64,000 nt of DNA from Klebsiella pneumoniae. GTDB taxonomy: Bacteria > Myxococcota_A > UBA9042. Each line of letters begins with the position of its first letter. Position 1 is the first letter of the stretch. This document shows, one piece after another, positions 61,916 through 64,000 of this stretch. Where the stretch lies: the NCBI GenBank assembly GCA_945889325.1, contig CAMDBH010000006.1, positions 3,975 through 67,974 of the forward strand. Reading direction: 5' to 3'. Below the pieces are notes generated by a model, which saw only the letters and a list, made by a program, of their open reading frames with translations, was not told the DNA's origin and made no database searches. The position numbers and the translations under genes are program-made.

Positions 61916-62524
61916 CTAATTCGCACTGATTCCGCGCAGTAGACCCATAAACGCCTGCACGGCGAGCTTGGCGTCTGCGCCTTGGGGATCGGCTAGTTCT
62001 TGCACCAAAAGGCCCAGATAACCGCCAAAAACGGTGGCAGCAACGCCTTGGATTCCTTGCTCATCTAGCTTGCCAGCCAATGCGGGGCGCAGAATTTCGG
62101 CGGTCGCGGCGCGCGCATGTTGATAGAATTGACCCAGAGCGTCGCGCAGCGCCGGATCTTTGCGCGCGTGCACCGCGAAATCGAGCCAAACCGGCACAAT
62201 CACACGACCGCGGCGAATTTCGCGCTCCAACGCTTCGGTCATGGCGCCAATCGAATCCGCTGAACCGAGCGCGCCGAGAAATTGCGCATACATTTGGTCG
62301 ATAATTTCACGCGTCCATTGCGCCAAAATGTCCAGAAACACGTCTTGTTTGGACGCATAATGCCAATAAAATGAACCCTTGGAAGCATTTGCCTCGGCGG
62401 CGATTTGATCAACCGTAGTTTCATCATAGCCGTGGTCGCGAAACAGGCGATAAGCCGCCATGCGCAGATCGTCTTTGCGCTTGTCGGCATTTACCGTTGT
62501 ATTTCTCGTCACTTTGACGGGCAT
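61916..62524 (-). CDS. TetR family regulator
   Basis: AAYRLFRDHGYDETTVDQIAAEANASKGSFYWHYASK. Confidence 0.9.
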   Translation of the reverse strand: MPVKVTRNTTVNADKRKDDLRMAAYRLFRDHGYDETTVDQIAAEANASKGSFYWHYASKQDVFLDILAQWTREIIDQMYAQFLGALGSADSIGAMTEALEREIRRGRVIVPVWLDFAVHARKDPALRDALGQFYQHARAATAEILRPALAGKLDEQGIQGVAATVFGGYLGLLVQELADPQGADAKLAVQAFMGLLRGISAN

Positions 62525-62542
62525 CGTCGCTTCAGTTCTCCT

Positions 62543-64000
62543 CTATGCGGTCGGTTGCGTCAAATTCGGCGGTCGGGCTTCGCGGGCCCAACCCGCTTGC
62601 AGCGCATGACGCAGACGTTGAATGATTTCCGGACGCAACTTGGACGGCGCGATGACCGCGTCAAGCGATCCAACCCGTACCGCCCGATCCACGGAATGCA
62701 CAGCGTCAAATTCGCGTGCAACATCGGCTTGTTTGTCCATCGTCACATCCGTCAGCACGGTTTCAAGCTTCTCGCGCAGGCGCGGGCGCTTGGCTGCAGG
62801 CGCATCTTCGAGCGCCTTGCGCGCTGCAATCACGCGTGAATCGGCTTCGGTGCGGCGTTTGACTTCGCGCGGGAACACCACAGCGGCAGCGGGCGCTCCG
62901 CCAATGACCGAGGCAAAACTGCCTTCCAGCGCCAACGCCTGCAATCGCGGATTTAATGCTTTGGAAAAGACAACGTACGCGCCGCCGTGGTAGCGCCCGA
63001 CCACGACGAACACAATCGGTCCGTCAAATTCAACCACCGCGCGGCCTATTTCAGCGCCGAATTCCAATTGCAATTTGCGCATCGATTCCGGACTGCCGTC
63101 AAAACCGGACAAGTTGGCCAGCACGACCACGGGGCGGTTGCCGCTGGCGGCGCGCAAGCCGCGGGCGATCTTTTTGGAACTTTGCGGAAATAGCGTGCCA
63201 CCGGTGAAGGTGTCGGGGCCGTCCAACGGAATGGCGCCGCGTCGCGCCTGCGGTTGGCTTTCAAAGCCCAAAACGCAAGTGGCGATGCCGCCTATGTGGG
63301 CGTCCCAAACGACCGCCGTTTCCGCATCGCGCATCCACGGCCAGCGTTCCAATTTGCCGCCGTCGCTGTCGATGACCGCCGCCATGACTTCGCGGATGGC
63401 AAACGGGCGTTTGCGGCCGGGGTTGCGCGCCTCGTCAAAAATTTCACCGACACTTGTGAATCCACCGGCCTCAGCTTTGTAGGGAAAATCCAAAATCGAG
63501 CGAATGTCAGCATCATTGGTTTCAAACAACCTGGGGCCAGCTTCGCCGCGGCGACACCAAGTGAAGCGATAATGCTCAAATAAAATCGCGTACGCCGCGC
63601 CCAAATCGCGGGCGAGAAATTGCGCTTGGCCGTTGGGGCCCATCACGCGGTCAAAGCCGCCGATGCCGCGTTCGTCCTCGGCGGCGATGCTGCCGGAAAT
63701 TTCCAACGCTCTTTTGCCGGTCAAAACCATCGCGGCATCGGGCGTCATTACCAAAATACCTTTGGTATGCATGAGCATAGTCGCCATGGCATTCCAATAC
63801 GACTGCGCACCGACACAAGTGCCGGCGACCAAAACGTGCACCACGCCGCCATCGCGGGTGAATTCGACGATGCGCCGCAGCACCCGCGCGGTCCAATCCA
63901 AGTTTTCTGTGCCGCTGTCCATGGAAATCCGCGCGCCCGATGACACAGGTACCCATTCGACGGGGACGCCGCGGGCCTGCGCCAAGTCAAAAGCAGCAAG
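62543..64000 (-). CDS. C-terminal carboxyltransferase domains of a large biotin-dependent acyl-CoA carboxylase (5' part outside the window)
   Basis: SSGARI, VGAQSY, GGTLFP.SSKK.AR, LANLSGFDG.PESM, GRYHGGAYVV, IGGAPAAAVVF. Confidence 0.8.
   Translation of the reverse strand, partial: LAAFDLAQARGVPVEWVPVSSGARISMDSGTENLDWTARVLRRIVEFTRDGGVVHVLVAGTCVGAQSYWNAMATMLMHTKGILVMTPDAAMVLTGKRALEISGSIAAEDERGIGGFDRVMGPNGQAQFLARDLGAAYAILFEHYRFTWCRRGEAGPRLFETNDADIRSILDFPYKAEAGGFTSVGEIFDEARNPGRKRPFAIREVMAAVIDSDGGKLERWPWMRDAETAVVWDAHIGGIATCVLGFESQPQARRGAIPLDGPDTFTGGTLFPQSSKKIARGLRAASGNRPVVVLANLSGFDGSPESMRKLQLEFGAEIGRAVVEFDGPIVFVVVGRYHGGAYVVFSKALNPRLQALALEGSFASVIGGAPAAAVVFPREVKRRTEADSRVIAARKALEDAPAAKRPRLREKLETVLTDVTMDKQADVAREFDAVHSVDRAVRVGSLDAVIAPSKLRPEIIQRLRHALQAGWAREARPPNLTQPTA

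Overview
GC-rich bacterial chromosomal window. Gene content (Cys-rich repeat lipoproteins, DUF1844, trmD-SPOUT-rplS, sigma54 activator, two ECF/anti-sigma pairs) suggests Myxococcota or a related deltaproteobacterium; this is inference. Most of it is housekeeping: hisS, tig-clpP-clpX-lon, four tRNAs, rsmB-dprA-topA, an rpoH-like sigma, gpsA-rimM-trmD-rplS, a TetR-TolC-MFP-RND efflux operon, rnhB-yraN, ychF, and a carboxyltransferase cut by the window edge. No CRISPR array, rRNA, integrase or transposase was recognised. The main accessory region is ~36.5-41.9 kb. It holds a hairpin/REP mosaic, a transglutaminase-like Cys-His-Asp protein followed by a Cys-rich lipoprotein, and two convergent nucleotidyltransferase-fold genes. 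Two copies of a 34-bp palindrome bracket those genes, and one copy belongs to an internally deleted miniature of the GSU2403-like gene. Other oddities: Lon has its conserved coiled-coil replaced by a Pro-rich peptide that also occurs in the SSB-like tail of a CitE-family lyase; all four tRNA genes encode CC but not the terminal A; a dioxygenase and a pirin carry twin-arginine signals; two genes appear to start at ATT/ATC. All family calls come from motif recognition by eye, with no database searches run.
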